DNA of 64,000 nucleotides. Origin: Balanoglossus misakiensis. Lineage: Eukaryota > Animalia > Hemichordata. A program made the position numbers and the translations under genes. Below the pieces are notes generated by a model. The model ran no database searches. It was given only the letters and a program-made list of their open reading frames with translations, and had not been told where the DNA came from. The number at the start of each line of letters is the position of its first letter. The first letter of the stretch is position 1. Shown here in pieces: positions 1 to 13,392 of the stretch. Where the stretch lies: contig CM082585.2 in the NCBI GenBank assembly GCA_040954595.2, positions 8,629,649-8,693,648 on the forward strand, given 5' to 3'.

Positions 1-528
1 CAGCAGCGGCAGGGCGGCCACGGTGGCCCCGCACAGCCAGGCGCCGGCGACGAAGCAGGAACACCGGCACTTGGTCATGGTCATCTCGTAGGTGAACGGG
101 TTCGTGATTGTCAGGTAGCGGTCGATGGCTATGAGGACCATGTGGAATATACTGGTGGACCAGAGCAGGTACAGACAGCAAAAGATCGTGACGCAGAATT
201 GGGGGTTGCTGTCGAGGATCTCCGGGGCGCTGTTGTGCATGGCCCCGACCGCGATGTAGACACCACTCAGAGCATCCACCGTGGCCAAACTCGCTATGTA
301 GGCGTACCTCGGCGCCCGGAGCTCGTCGTTCAAGACGACGGACAACACCACCAGCAGGTTGCCGAACAGAGTCACGACACCCAGGACGACGATGCGCACA
401 ACGGTGCCGATATCGATGACGGAGCCAATGTAGGCGTCATCGTCGGTGTAAGCGTCGTTGAACGACAAGTCTGTGTCGTTGCAGTACTTCGAGTGGTTGC
501 ACGGCGAAAGGGTGCTGGCCGCAGACAT
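1..528 (-). CDS. Class A (rhodopsin-family) GPCR, adenosine-receptor-like orphan; 5' part only, runs off the window start
   Basis: Manual translation from ATG 528: MSAASTLSPCNHSKYCNDT...VTLFGNLLVVLSV (TM1 GN)...ASLATVDALSG (TM2 LAxxD)...WSTSIFHMVLIAIDRYLTITNPF (DRY)...GAWLCG (TM4 W). Open to position 1, with an in-frame TAG upstream of the ATG. Clear paralogue of 7245..8372. Not in the ORF track because no stop falls inside the window. Confidence 0.93.
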   Translation of the reverse strand, partial: MSAASTLSPCNHSKYCNDTDLSFNDAYTDDDAYIGSVIDIGTVVRIVVLGVVTLFGNLLVVLSVVLNDELRAPRYAYIASLATVDALSGVYIAVGAMHNSAPEILDSNPQFCVTIFCCLYLLWSTSIFHMVLIAIDRYLTITNPFTYEMTMTKCRCSCFVAGAWLCGATVAALPLL

Positions 529-3500
529 TTCTCCGTTGTACCTACACGGAGTTACTGTCAACTACAGCTTCTGTACACTTGCTCCCTTCTATTTTTCGTG
601 AATCAGGAGAACTGTTTTAAAACAGAACTACCTCTCTCAACTGTCGAAGAGCTCTTTTAACATATGTCCACCTGACAAATAGTTCGGCAAATTTAAAGAG
701 TAACCACGATCCGTCCTTTCGCATTGATTATGTAAATTGTCTGAGATCTCGTCGGAGGACCGACCGCCGCCGCCAGCATTTGTTGCGACAGACAGCCTTC
801 TCCGCACCTTTTTTTCGTCGCTTTTATAAAACACACATCAGTCACGTTATATCTCTATGAGATTACTTCAGGCGCGCATTGATATTCCCCCAACAATTTT
901 ACCATTAAATGGAGGAGGGGGGGGGGTGAAATCAGACAGGTAACAGAAGTATGTCATTGGTGAAGTTTTTTTAAATTAAAAAGTTCAATGTCTGGCAGTA
1001 TCAGGTCTGCTTGTTGGGCTCCTCATATAAATCGTCCCTATCATAAAACGCTATAGTTTTCTAACTTTGTACAGGACAAACGCAAGGTTACACTGTATTT
1101 GGATAATCGTCATCAATACATATTGAATATAATGTTACAATTATAAGTGTTTCCTGACGATCCGCTGAACATGACAGCTTATGATTGACGTTGACACGTC
1201 ACAGTTTCCTTGACGACCGTGTAAAATATGCAGACAACATGCCAGAAGGTGGAGGCAAAAACACTGTTTCTCACACAATGCATTTTGTTTTCAGTAATAG
1301 TTTGTTGCAGGCGGTTTGTAGCATACATATCTGAAAGTACCGCATGTACCATTCTGGCATTCAATCCAAAACGTGATTGTCCAACTTGCTATGTCGGTGT
1401 ATATCGCCCGCAGCATGTCGGTGAAGACAAAAGGATCTTGGTGAATACAGTTTGGAGCAACGACAGTGAATAGCACACAGGAACAGAACAAATATCATTT
1501 TGCTGGACTACTAAAGATACGCGAATGTTGTTCCTGCGTATTCTCGCGCCTTTGCGGTGAATCTTTGATTTTTTTTTCATGTTGAATGAATGTTTGCGAA
1601 CATTTGCAATGTGTCTCTGCTGTCAATATTGCGAATCGCAGCTGCGTTGTGGAGCGGTGTAACCCATTTCTTAATTGCCGTTTATGTTATGAATGACCAT
1701 TCTTAGAAAAAGAATGTAGATGTCGTGCAATACCTCGTCCAATGCATCTGAACTGTAATATATTTTCAGATATTGGCAAATCCAAATTTCTATATTCTGA
1801 TTCATTCATCCGCACATGAGTGACATGTAACAATCGCCGTGTTGTAATGTTAAAGGGACAAAATCTCCTTCTCTCGCTGATTTTACACTGCTTGCCACTG
1901 AGCTTGCCACTGGGTTCAAAATGGCGGCTGGTTCATATCGCGTGCGGTCAGATGTAAATTCAATCTTATCGTATTAAAAGGGCAAAAACACAGTACGAGG
2001 TATTCTTCAAGTCATGTGTGGTCATCATATGAGTTACTTATTGGCTTTGGAATAAAGTATTTAATGGATTTTGACATCAGAAGGAGGGCCCGTCAGCCAA
2101 GTACTCATTTCCTGTTTGAAATTGATCGGATTCTTTTGCGAAGGTCGCGTATAAATCGGCTGATTAATACTGTGACATTTTTTTGAAACAATTGTATATC
2201 AACTACATTTCTAAGAATCGCACCTCTTAAAACATTGTCCAAATGGCGTTCGATGGCAAACCAAAGGCTTGCGGGCGATTTCTTTCTAATTATCAAATGG
2301 TATTTCCCACTTGTCTGGGTTCAGGTAGTCTGTCTTGAAAAAGCATTTCCTCGCGCGCGAAGCCATTTACGCATACGAATATTTGCACCCCCATCCATTG
2401 CCTCTTCTTACTGCATGTTGTATATTAAATGTCAAGGCGATCATCTTTCAAAAAAACGCGAATCCATTTTTCCCTTCTCGACACTCCTTCTGTTAGGAAT
2501 GATTTATTTCATTCGTCGAATAAAGGTAAGGGGCTTCCCAGATGCAGGTTCTCCCGAACAATGTCCAAAAAGTTACTTCTTACTTCTGTCTTGTTGAAGA
2601 CTGGGAAAAGAAGACAAGTTTTTGCCAAGAAAGTTTGCTTTTTCTCTGAAGGCCGCGGTGTTACCCTCGATCCATGACAAGGTTGATCACTGACGTCTGT
2701 CGGGTAGCTCAGCAGATCGTCAATTATCGTGCAACAAAACAAGTCCACCTATGAATTCTGTGCCGCCTCGGAGGCGAGGGGGAAGTCTACAGCTAACAGA
2801 AAGCGTGTTTATTGAATGTCCCCAAGCGTATAAGCAATTCGGGATGTGGCAGCTGCAATTTTCATGAACAAGGAAAATCTGTGTAATCATATACTACCCA
2901 GATTTCCCGAGGCTGCTTGACAAACCGAATCTGTGCGGTAAAGTGTAGAGAATATACTGTATGCGTCGCAACAAAACGAACCATACCGCTTTGAGTGCAG
3001 ACTCTGATTTGTCATAGTTTGAATTAGCCGTCGGCCATCCGTCCGTATATTTATGTTAATCATAACTGATCCTAACTTCTTGTGTGGGAAACATGGCATC
3101 GTTCCAAAACGAAGTTGGTGTACATGTCTAATTCATAAAGTCTGTGAATCATGCACAAAGCAGGGCATTTAAATCTTACAACGGCCATAAAACCTCTTAT
3201 TCAAAGAGTCTTGAGAGCTGAAAAGCCTCCTTTTCGATTTATCTGCATATTATTAGTAATCTCGGAAAACTGGCAAAACAACCCAACAAGTAACGTTAGC
3301 ACGACTTATTTAAATTAAAGGTCGTTTTAGGACCCTGTGCTGATTTTTTGATGGGGTTTGACCCTGGACGTGTTCCGTTCAGTAAGTCCCACAAAATGTT
3401 CAGCACAAAAGTCCTTGAACATACACCCTCGGAGCGATCAGCAGATGCCGTGTGTCAAAAGAGCGGGAAAATCTGTTTGAAGGTCGCCGGTTCCTCCACT

Positions 3501-3591
3501 CTCAATGTCGGCAAACTTGCATATCTTGCATGACGAAGCCTGCAAAGGGCAGCTATCGAATGTACGGTAATGTTTTGAATATTTAAGTGAT

Positions 3592-3665
3592 GGACGCGTG
3601 GCTGAGTGGGTTGGTGTGCCACTCAGAGGCTAGAGTCTGTCGGAAGTTGTAGGTTCAGAGTCGTC
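3592..3665 (+). mobile_element. Possible tRNA-derived SINE head (degenerate Pol III A/B boxes)
   Basis: TGGCTGAGTGG (A-box-like, 3599-3609) and GGTTCAGAGTC (B-box-like, 3652-3662) at tRNA-like spacing. No cloverleaf can be folded. Confidence 0.35.
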
Positions 3666-6600
3666 AGTTCCGAAAATGAAAATCATTTCACTAGTATATC
3701 AAGAGTCAGTCGATTATACTGATCTACTGCACACAGGGATAAATATTCATTGGAAGCATGCTGCCGTCACCCACCGAGGAAACTAGTCATGGCAATCTAA
3801 AACGAGTTTTCCAATAAAATGGACTCTTTTCAGATCTTTGTATCAGATGGTACATCGAAAACCTTCTAAATGAATATGGCACCCTATACATAACTGCAGG
3901 GTAGGATCCCTTCGCCGATCCATTGTTTGTGTCACCAGATATATGTCACATACGCCAAGCTCATTTTCGGCGTGCCAAGCAAATTTCTATAAGTGAAAAA
4001 ATCGATATTGGAATATTATTATGTGGTCATATTTTTGTTACAAATGGTTCTGGTCGAGTATTGAAGACGCTTGATGGGAATAAGTTAACACTTTAAAAAA
4101 TCGATAGAAAGAGACCGGGGAAGACCTCAGGACGTTTGCATCCGACACTAGGAGTCATTACACACGTCCTTGAAACTGTGATTAGTGTTTCTGACGTTCG
4201 AATAGTAAAAAACAGGCTATAGGGCATACCCCGAATTCTGCAATATTGTTATTGTATTTTACGAAGATATCTGCAATTTTGTATTTTTAAATATGGTTCA
4301 CTAGTATAGACTAACCTGGGAGAATTCTAGTACTAGGAGTGTACAGCCAGGTATACTTGATTTATTTTCCCTCCATTAACTCTCCCTGTCTGTTCTTGGA
4401 CATTAAGTAAGTTCCTGAAAATAGTCAAACTATGCCTACATATTTCTTTCGCCTTCAACTTTTTTTTATTATCACGGTGCACACTCTGCGCGTCCTAGGG
4501 AAAAGGGCACAGCAATCAGTCTCCTCACTCCGCGGCTTGCAAATGATCTTTGAGAGGTTTGCGTCTCTCCTGGGCAGGCTTTGATTGGGGATAATTGGTT
4601 ACTCACAAGAACCGATCCGATCGAAGCTACACTGCCCGACAAATTTCTAAATGGCGCATGAGATTGCTACCCGGCTGTTAGTTTGTACTTTAGCCACCCC
4701 GTACCCCCACCCACACACCTTCGCGGCATTCGAGGTCTTTCGTCCATTTTAGTGAGTTTTACTTACGTGTAGTTAAAAAGTTTCTCGGAGCCCGAACGTT
4801 AACAAAACTACTACAAGAATTTGCAAACTTGCGTTCCACATTTTTAAGTTGTTGGTCAACCTGAACACAGGAAAGCTTGGCATGTTATTTATAGATGAAT
4901 CTTCAGTTTTCGTTTCACGTTTTAGCGGAATCAAAGGGAAATTAAAAGAACAATCCTCTCCAGGACATTGCGTTCCCCACGTGTATACTTCACTGTTGAC
5001 TATCAAAGACACAGGGTCTTTAGGCATTATGTGTTTTCAGTCGGATAGATAAAAGGGACCGACAACCGAGAAGCCTCCTCTTTTGGGCTGCATCCGTCAC
5101 GTTTTCGTTTTGCCTCCAGGAGAATTGTCACAAGAGGAAATAGATTTCAAACGGGTATGTTGACAAGTTTCAGTTTCAGAACAACTTGTTTGTCTATAAA
5201 TGTTGGCAAAACACACACTCGAAGATGCACATGATGGGACAGTGTATTACAAAGTAACAGGCACATTGTTTGCAATGGTGTACACTGTAGCAGTTACACG
5301 TTGCACCTACACTGACTTGCTAACAACTGTGTCGTATGGGTCCCTTACGCGCAGCCGCAGACGGGACGACACCCACTCTTTGAACGTCTCATTCTCAGAA
5401 GCTGGGTTTAGATGGGCCGCCGATAATACTTATATTTACATCACGAGAATCTTTACCTGGATTAATTTATATCCTATTCGATGGGTTGAATGTGTTTAAT
5501 GGCGAACATCACGCCGTTTTATCCGTGCTGTGTATGCCTCCATACAACCTGACGAGAGTTTCTGCAATGTGTTAGAAATCTTAAGTGGTTCCCGTGATGC
5601 AAGTTATCAAGTAGAAATCATCTTTTACTTAACTTTTACCGTTATTTGTATATTTTAAGTAGGGAATGTGCTTTGTGGATTGTGGATAACTCTGAATGCG
5701 AATGTATTCCATGCATGAGATTGCCACCAGCCTTTCTCTTAAGATTGCCCGACGGGCTTCATCACAGTTTGAAAATGAGTGCACGCAAGATTCTCGATTT
5801 TTTAAGGTTCACTTGGCTTGGGACGATTATCCTGTGCAATCTATGTATATTTGTCATGTATCTGATATTTGTGAAAAGCAGTTATTAAAGGGGAAGTTCG
5901 GTCTAGCTGATTTTTTACATATGTGCTAGCTTTGAGTTCGGTTATTCAGGAAAGGTCATTTTCGCTATGTATTACTCGCGCATTTTTGTTAAAAAGACGA
6001 ACGAATAAAAACTGTGGTCGTTTGGTCAGGAGTAAATTAATATTTCATGAACATTTCAGAACTGAATGTAATGTTTATTTGACCACAATATAAATGAATA
6101 CTATATTTACTCTTTAAAACCGACACCCATTCTCGAAAATAAATACTTTTGAATGACATATACCAAAAATTAGGTTTCTGTCTTAATATAAACCACTGTA
6201 AAACTACACATGACAAAGATATATAAATTAGTAAAATATCCCACTTCAGTAGAATGCAGTCCAAACTGACACAATTTTACATGAAATGTGACATCTAAAT
6301 ATACATATGTTACAACCGGCTATGATCGCTGGTTCTGCAGTGTGTTTCAGTCACACGGCCACACATAACTCATCTGAAAAACGGACCCATGATAATAATT
6401 TCAACGCGCGACTTATCTCGTTAAAATTACATATACAAATATTACTTTCCTAAACACGTTCGCACGTGGCGTAAGAGATAAATTCTCCAGAGCATTGTCA
6501 CCCCTGTTGTGCACAATTTTAGTTCGATTGAGTCGGTTGTTCTTTTTACGCTGACGACGCAAACAGCGAGACGGCAATTAAGACTGCAGACTGTTCTTTG

Positions 6601-7244
6601 AACTTTAACGCGCAGCTGCAGTACAGGCTGCGCTGGAATTTCTACGAAGACACAGCTGAAACGCGGGGAAAATAGCAACAGGTTAAAGATTGCACCTTCG
6701 AAATGAAAATTTCAAAAGCGGTATGAATATTTTAATTGGGCACACGGATTGAAATCATGACTGGTCGATATCAGATAGACGGGGAAGGAAATATAAGTGG
6801 TTCACTATCGACCACAGTGAAAGTTAAACAAAAACAGACTTAGTAATGATCAGAATTAGCAAGAAAAGGGCTTTTAGAAAAATTCAAAGAAAAAACACAC
6901 GATGAAAACTGTCGAAGCATATACTAGAAGTAGTGATTCTGTCCTAACGTTACATTTTTGTTGAACCCTGCACGCACCCTTTCGAGTTTCATATTAATAT
7001 TACTTGGTTAGCCTGTAGCTACGGAAACTAGCAAAGTCTCACGATAACTCGCAATTAGTGTAAACTCATCTGTTGAAGAACATCACAGAAAGTGCGCATT
7101 AGATTGTGTCAGAGTCAAATAGAAAACATCGGAAACGAAATAGAGGATATTTCAACGAATATTACATCACAAAGCTCCTACGAACCTGATCAATATGGAC
7201 AGGGTATGAGTGCAGCGATTCAGATCTGCACTTTAGAATGGGCT

Positions 7245-8372
7245 TTATACCCTTTGGCACTTGAGAATTTTTTTGAATGTTTTTCTCAGTGGTATGTCTC
7301 TCAGGGCGTACACAAGTGGGTTGAAGGCAGAGTTACTCATGCCGAGGGAAAACGCAGCCCTTTTCAGCGAATCGTTGTAAAAATCGGGGATGGTGTGTTC
7401 CAAAACTAACATGATCGCGAACGGGAACCAGCAGACGGCAAACACGCCCAGAATCATGGAGAGGGTCTTCGTTGTTCTCATCTCGTTTTTGAATATCTTC
7501 ATTCTGCTCTTTTGGGTTTGGGAGGTCTGCTCGGCGGCGGTGGCGTCGTCGTTCGGTTGGTTTGCCGGGGGAGCGGTCAGTTCGGCCGGCTTGACCACAA
7601 CGACCGTCTCCGGGGCGTCTCCGCTGCCGCTGTTCAGGCTGATCTGGAGGGCGTTGATCTTTCGCCGTTGCTTGAATGCAATCTGAGCCAGCCGGCCGTA
7701 CAGGACCGACATGATGACCAGCGGCAAGAAGAACACGCCGAAGCAGAAGAACATGAGGTACTCTCCGTTCAGAATAAACGAAGGCAGGCAACCGTAGGGG
7801 TTGTACGTTATTTCCTCCTCGGACTTGCGAACTACGAAGAACAGGAGAGAGATGGTCGCCCCGGAGACCCAGGCGCAGCCGATGAGCGACATGCATCGAC
7901 CCCGTGTCATGATCTCGTTGTACTTGAACGGGTTTGTGATTGTCAGGTAACGGTCGATGGCTATGAGCACCATGTGGAATATACTGGTGGACCAGAGGAA
8001 AAACAGGGTGCACATCAAGATGTTGCAGTACAGCGGCGGTTTTCGCATCAGGATCTGCGGCGCGCCGGCGTCCATCGCGCCCACCGCGAAGTAGCAGCCG
8101 GTCAGCAGGTCCACGCTGGCCAGACTTGCCACGTACGCGTATCGGGTCGCTCGCAGCTCGTCGTTCAGGGCGACCGAGAGCACCACCAGAAAGTTGCCGA
8201 ACACTGTCAGGGCGCCGATGAGGGAAACGCGGACGATGGACGCGATGTCGACTTCGTCAGGTGAGAACGTGGCGGTGTCGTTGCCAAAATAACTCGTGTC
8301 ATTGCAGGACCCTGTGAGGTTACACGGAGAGGCCGTACCAACAGTTGTCTGTGTGATGGCCGTGTTGTTCAT
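7245..8372 (-). CDS. Intronless class A GPCR, adenosine-receptor-like orphan (375 aa)
   Basis: ATG at 8372 (MNNTAIT..., N-glycosylation sequons). 7 TM segments with GN, SLASVD, IAIDRY, CAW, FFLP, CWFPF, NSAFNPLVY and helix 8 LRKTFKKIL. No Asp at 3.32, so not a classic amine receptor. Confidence 0.95.
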   Translation of the reverse strand: MNNTAITQTTVGTASPCNLTGSCNDTSYFGNDTATFSPDEVDIASIVRVSLIGALTVFGNFLVVLSVALNDELRATRYAYVASLASVDLLTGCYFAVGAMDAGAPQILMRKPPLYCNILMCTLFFLWSTSIFHMVLIAIDRYLTITNPFKYNEIMTRGRCMSLIGCAWVSGATISLLFFVVRKSEEEITYNPYGCLPSFILNGEYLMFFCFGVFFLPLVIMSVLYGRLAQIAFKQRRKINALQISLNSGSGDAPETVVVVKPAELTAPPANQPNDDATAAEQTSQTQKSRMKIFKNEMRTTKTLSMILGVFAVCWFPFAIMLVLEHTIPDFYNDSLKRAAFSLGMSNSAFNPLVYALRDIPLRKTFKKILKCQRV

Positions 8373-9069
8373 TGTGATGGCTCTCGTCTCATGCTGGATC
8401 GGAAAGTAAACCACCTTCACTCTTATCCGTTAACTAGCCGCAGCTGCTAAGTCCCACTGTGGTATCGCCCAACGTTTACCCTTGTCTTACTAGTATGTTC
8501 ATGCAGCCGTAGCTGCCGACAACCTGACTGTAAGACTGACGCCGAGTCTATTTCTCATTGGAAGATGCCCGAAACAAACACCGATCTTGACGTTTCTTAA
8601 AATGGTCACGCATTAGCACAGTCTGATTGAAACACACGCGCTGCCCTCCCCGTGGGATAAGTAAAACAGTCCAGATACTAATAAGAAGTGACGGCATTGA
8701 ATCTGGGCGTTCGATGATTTTGTCTCTGCCCGGGGGGAGCGAGTATGTGAATCACTAAAAATGCAAACAAAGCGTGATTTCAGATAAATTTGAAAAAAAA
8801 ACGTATGTAGAAAACAAGAAATGTCATATTATAAAATTATAACCGGGCTTTTCAGCTATTATGACTCGCATTATGCCCAAGGTTGTAGGCTCATGACAAT
8901 TACAATTTGTTAACGGCCAATCGACGCCAAGTTCCGCGTCGCCGCGTATCTCCATCGCCTGCCTAACACAACACTTCCTGAACCAACGAATAGTACAAAC
9001 ATCGACATCCAAGTAAATTCAACCGCCGAGCTACAACACGAGCCAGTGATTTGCTTAATCAACTGATAC

Positions 9070-9192
9070 ACTGTCACTGTTGACAAATGTATTCAAATCC
9101 GGACTTGAATTCAAGGGCTGTGTTGAAAAAGCAAATACTGAGCAATACGACATGTTTTGCACAGTAGAACGAGAAACCACGGTTGATATCCA
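9070..9192 (+). repeat. Dispersed repeat fragment, copy A
   Basis: gacaaatgtattcaaatccggacttgaatt...ggctgtgttgaaaaagcaaatactgagcaat...tagaacgagaaaccacggttgata aligns with 38295-38457 in the same orientation. Copy B has an extra ~40 nt internally. Confidence 0.75.
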
Positions 9193-12100
9193 AAGCAAAA
9201 AGACCGGGAAAATCGCCCAAGTTACTGGGGTGTATTATAATTAAGCATACCTACACGCTAGGGTGGGAATAAAAATTACTATGCCACAAATGCGGATAGT
9301 ATTGGTATATTACTGAAAGGATGTCATCACATGCCCATGGTAACGCGTGTAAGTACAACTTCTACAACTTACTAAGTAAGACACTCGCCATTCAAGCGTA
9401 AGACTCTTCGAGCACTGGCAAACGGCAGGAGGTCGAGGGCGAGGTACTGTATACGACACCGATTATTCGCGTAAATGTCAAATCAGAAACGTTCTGCCCT
9501 TGGCGAATATTGCTCGATATCGGAAATGCAGCTCCGATCAAAATCAACATATTGAAGTAAACGACTCCTTAATTTGAAGGCAGATATACCTTATGATTTT
9601 TTTTCGATTCGCCCGCGCACAGTACCGACTAAAGATATCACCGTTTGATTCACTGATTTAGGAAGGCAAGGACAAGCTTTGTTGACGCCTGCAGCTTGTC
9701 GGCTAGAAAACGTCCTCACCGAACGACCGACAAAGACATCGGCGAGCATAAAGACGGGGAGATCATCGGATCTTGACAGAAGAATGATAGCAGAAGAAAT
9801 ACGCCATATGACAAGAACGTCGATGATCGATTTGATCATTAAATCGAGCGATACCTTAATTTGCCCAATCTCTTCGATTAGTCTCTATCAATGACTCGAG
9901 TACTCTCAATGCTCTCAAAGTCAGTGTTGACAAGGCAGTCAGACTCCGCACACTGATTTGCATGAAAAGATGAAAAGATTTCAGACAGCAAAAGGTGTGA
10001 AACCACCAAAAGGGGAACCTGACACACATGCCCATATTTGGGCAGAATGTACCAGGCCGCCACGCGGCATTTCACATGTCTGTTGGGGCGTTTAGCTCAC
10101 AGCAGTATGCAAAGAATTCTTCCGCTAAAGAAGAAAGTCGCTTTAGACTTATTAAAAAAGACGCTGTTATCGATTTCATAGAGACATTTATTGTGATTCA
10201 CGTTTTGCTTCCCTAGTTACGTTCAATATAAAACGTCGCAAAAGAACATGACTTCATTTTTAATTTAAACGGAAACTGCATGTTAAATTTAAATGCCGTA
10301 AAAACATGTTAGTTTTATAAGTGATATGACGCGCGTGGCATGATTTTCTCCGTTATGTCTGATAATGCCCCTTTTCAAAGTTCAATCCATTCCCTATACC
10401 GTGCTACAATTAGCTGGGGTTGTGGGCGACGTTGTCAGAAAATATCTGATACTTTTTTTGTTGAAACTTGGATCGTTCCGTCAAAGCGCCGATTATCCGC
10501 GGATACACAATCAGAGGGACTCTGGTAATTCGGAGTCCCTTTGACGCGAAATTACAACTTGCAAAAGCGGTACCTGCGGGCACACGACAATCGCCGGCAA
10601 TAAGCGCTTGGTTCTTGGTACTAGACCGCATGCGTGGATTTGGCTGGGGCGGATTTCACATATCCAGTGTACGTGTAGCTGATATATCTGATCACTGTGA
10701 TCTGATACCCTAATGTGAAGGTACGAATTAAGTAACTTTGATCGTGACAAGCGCAGAATGGAGTATGGCTTATAGCGGGGTCTTTCGATCGGCGACAATA
10801 GATCGGCCTCTCTCACAAGATAGCGTGATGTACTCTATGATTGCAAAGGGCCTTTGTCAGCTTAAGTTACTCTGCAGCGAAATTAAACTTACTATTATGA
10901 TGCCAATCTAAAGTATGCCATTTACAAACGCATGTAAGCTAAAATTATATTTAGCTGGGTTGCGTTTTATTGTCCTAGCCCTATTTTCGTATCCCATTTA
11001 CGTCTTGAAATCTCTGGTCATTATATATCTGGGTCATACTATATGCAACATCACGGCAATGGATGATAGTGACTGATCTTTACACTCAATGAATGTTATG
11101 CTTACTCATTACTATAGCGTTCAGTCCGATAATGAAAAATACATGTCTTTAAAGTTGTATACAGGATCGCAATAGACGCTGTCATATTTTTCTTAACAAT
11201 GCCCCCCCCCCCCCCCCAGCAGACAGTAACACTACCTTTGGTTTAGTCGCGGAATAAACATGCATACGCACATTTTCTGACTGGTTTTGTAGGTCAGGGT
11301 TTGGAAATATTAAAATTGTGACTTTCGTCTCCTTTCCCGCGAAAACAAGCCAGCATGCAGACAGCAAGCAACTAATTTGTTAGGGAAATGTCGCGCGTGA
11401 TTAACGTGTATCGTGATTGCCCAGCGAAAGCTTAGCTATTTCTGTACTGCCCCCTCGGATCGAAAGTACATGTATTGTCTTACAAGATTACAGACTCAAT
11501 GATTCGCCGTCGGGGACCAGAAACACTATATATGGCTCGAGTAGAATCCGGCGGAGGTTTTTGAGATTTCTTACGTGATTAAACCAAGGTCGACAGTGAT
11601 CAGTCGTGACTAGCGTCCTATTTCTTATGATCTGTGTGCACTTTGCCGGTTCATCCATTTTGAATAATTCACGTATGGCATAAATAACCCTCAAAGCAGC
11701 ATGGTGATTAGTACACATGATCATTGTCTGTCTCTCTCAATATTGTATGAAACAAGGCAGCTTAGGTTTCATTTCTATTTCATTATACAGGAATGAACCC
11801 GACTCTACGTTGAGGGCGTAAATGTAGGTTATGTATTCGCCATTGCCGGATAATTAGACGGCTGAAAACGATATTCCAGATTGTATCATGTCGTCGTGTG
11901 ATGGCGACAAACACCAGTCCTGTAAATGTATTCCACTGAGCATTATATATTATCTTGTACCGGTACGTTTGTATAGGTCAACCACTGTCGTCTGGAATGA
12001 CAACGTCTATATAAAATACGACATCTAAATATGCAGGTGGTCGCGCAAAATTATTTCCACAAAAGAACATTTAAAAAAAATATTCCAGTCGTGTGGTCAG

Positions 12101-13369
12101 CAAGGTCTATGGCCACCCTATGCTTATTTTGTTTTTAATTTCTAGCTTTGTGCGACTGTATTGATCATTATCCCCCCCCCCCAGGGATGGTTTGAGTTTC
12201 CGGCTGAAAGTGACCTTGTTTTGAAGATATGTATAATGTACATTAATTGTCCATAAGTAGTTATAACCCCGTGATGAGCGCCCCATGCATGTAAAATGCT
12301 TTATGCTGGTCGCGTTGGCGTACATTGTTCAAACAATAATGGCGTTGTTTACACTGCTTGTTTCATGGTCATCTTCTCAGAACTAACAATCACGCATTGT
12401 TATTATTATTATTATTATTATATCATGACCTATATGTTTGAAGCATGAAAATTGCTAAGGTAAACTAAACCAATCTTCGTATGTTTATATCATTAGACAC
12501 GCATCGTCGGTGTTTTCTGAATTATGTATGCCTAAGTCCTTTATAACTTATTTCATTGCTCTGTGGATGCTCCTGGCTAGGTAAAAATGAAACAGGCTAA
12601 ACTTTTATAAGCGGCAGGCGTTCAAAATATTAGTTATTATTAGCGCGAATTTATACAATCCGTAATCATGTACAAGAGATTCATTATGAGTTATGACAGT
12701 CATGTGACCACAAAGTTCTACTGATCAAACACTATAGAAATTTCGCTGTCAACAGTAATTGTAAGCTGTGTGTGCACACGTTTATGAAACACATACACAC
12801 AGGGACAAACAAGTATCACCCTCTCCCCTGTCATACTCAGTATGGGTTTAACGGTACCTGTGTACGACGACATTCTGCACATCGTCTATTGTTAATTAAG
12901 ATAAAAATCTACAGGTAGGTTTAAATACTGCAGGCAATTTGTGAAATTTTGCAAATTTCGACAGCTGGCAATAATAGTCTTAGAGCGATTAAATAAACAA
13001 TTAAATGTGAAGCGAAATACATAATTAATAAGCGTTTAGAACACAATAATATTAAAGCACTGTTATTGTTTAGGAGAAACGATTAACAGCTATATACTAG
13101 TAGTATTTGGATTAAACAAAGCAGATCGCTATTTTGTTTAAATATGTGTTTCCTTAAACAATTATATTATCACTATATCAGTATTTGGCGAGTGAGCCAG
13201 CCTAGGCCTACATGGTCATTGCCGGGAACGTATCACACAGAAAGTATTGCTTTTCAAGTTCGAGTGAATGATTTAAATAATGCAGAGAGCTGTAGACAGA
13301 GTATAATTTATTTGTGCTGGGACAAATTGCCATAAAATAGCGTTGTTTCGCTTGAGCGGCCATGTGAGG

Positions 13370-13392
13370 GTCACGTGCTAGGTGACGTCACC
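13370..13392. promoter_or_regulatory. E-box (GTCACGTG) plus palindromic CRE (GGTGACGTCACC) at the start of a CpG-rich stretch upstream of the SEC14-like gene
   Basis: Motifs read directly at 13370-13377 and 13381-13392, ~500 bp upstream of ATG 13892. Function is inferred. Confidence 0.5.

Noticed and set aside
142-660. 172-aa plus-strand ORF (and similar 7512..8264, 7333..8013)
   Set aside because: Antisense or alternate-frame shadows of GC3-rich GPCR coding sequence. The shared MEYTGGPE peptide merely mirrors the conserved TM3 tract.
3592-3665. Possible tRNA gene
   Set aside because: A/B-box-like motifs only, with no acceptor stem or anticodon arm. Kept as a low-confidence SINE head.
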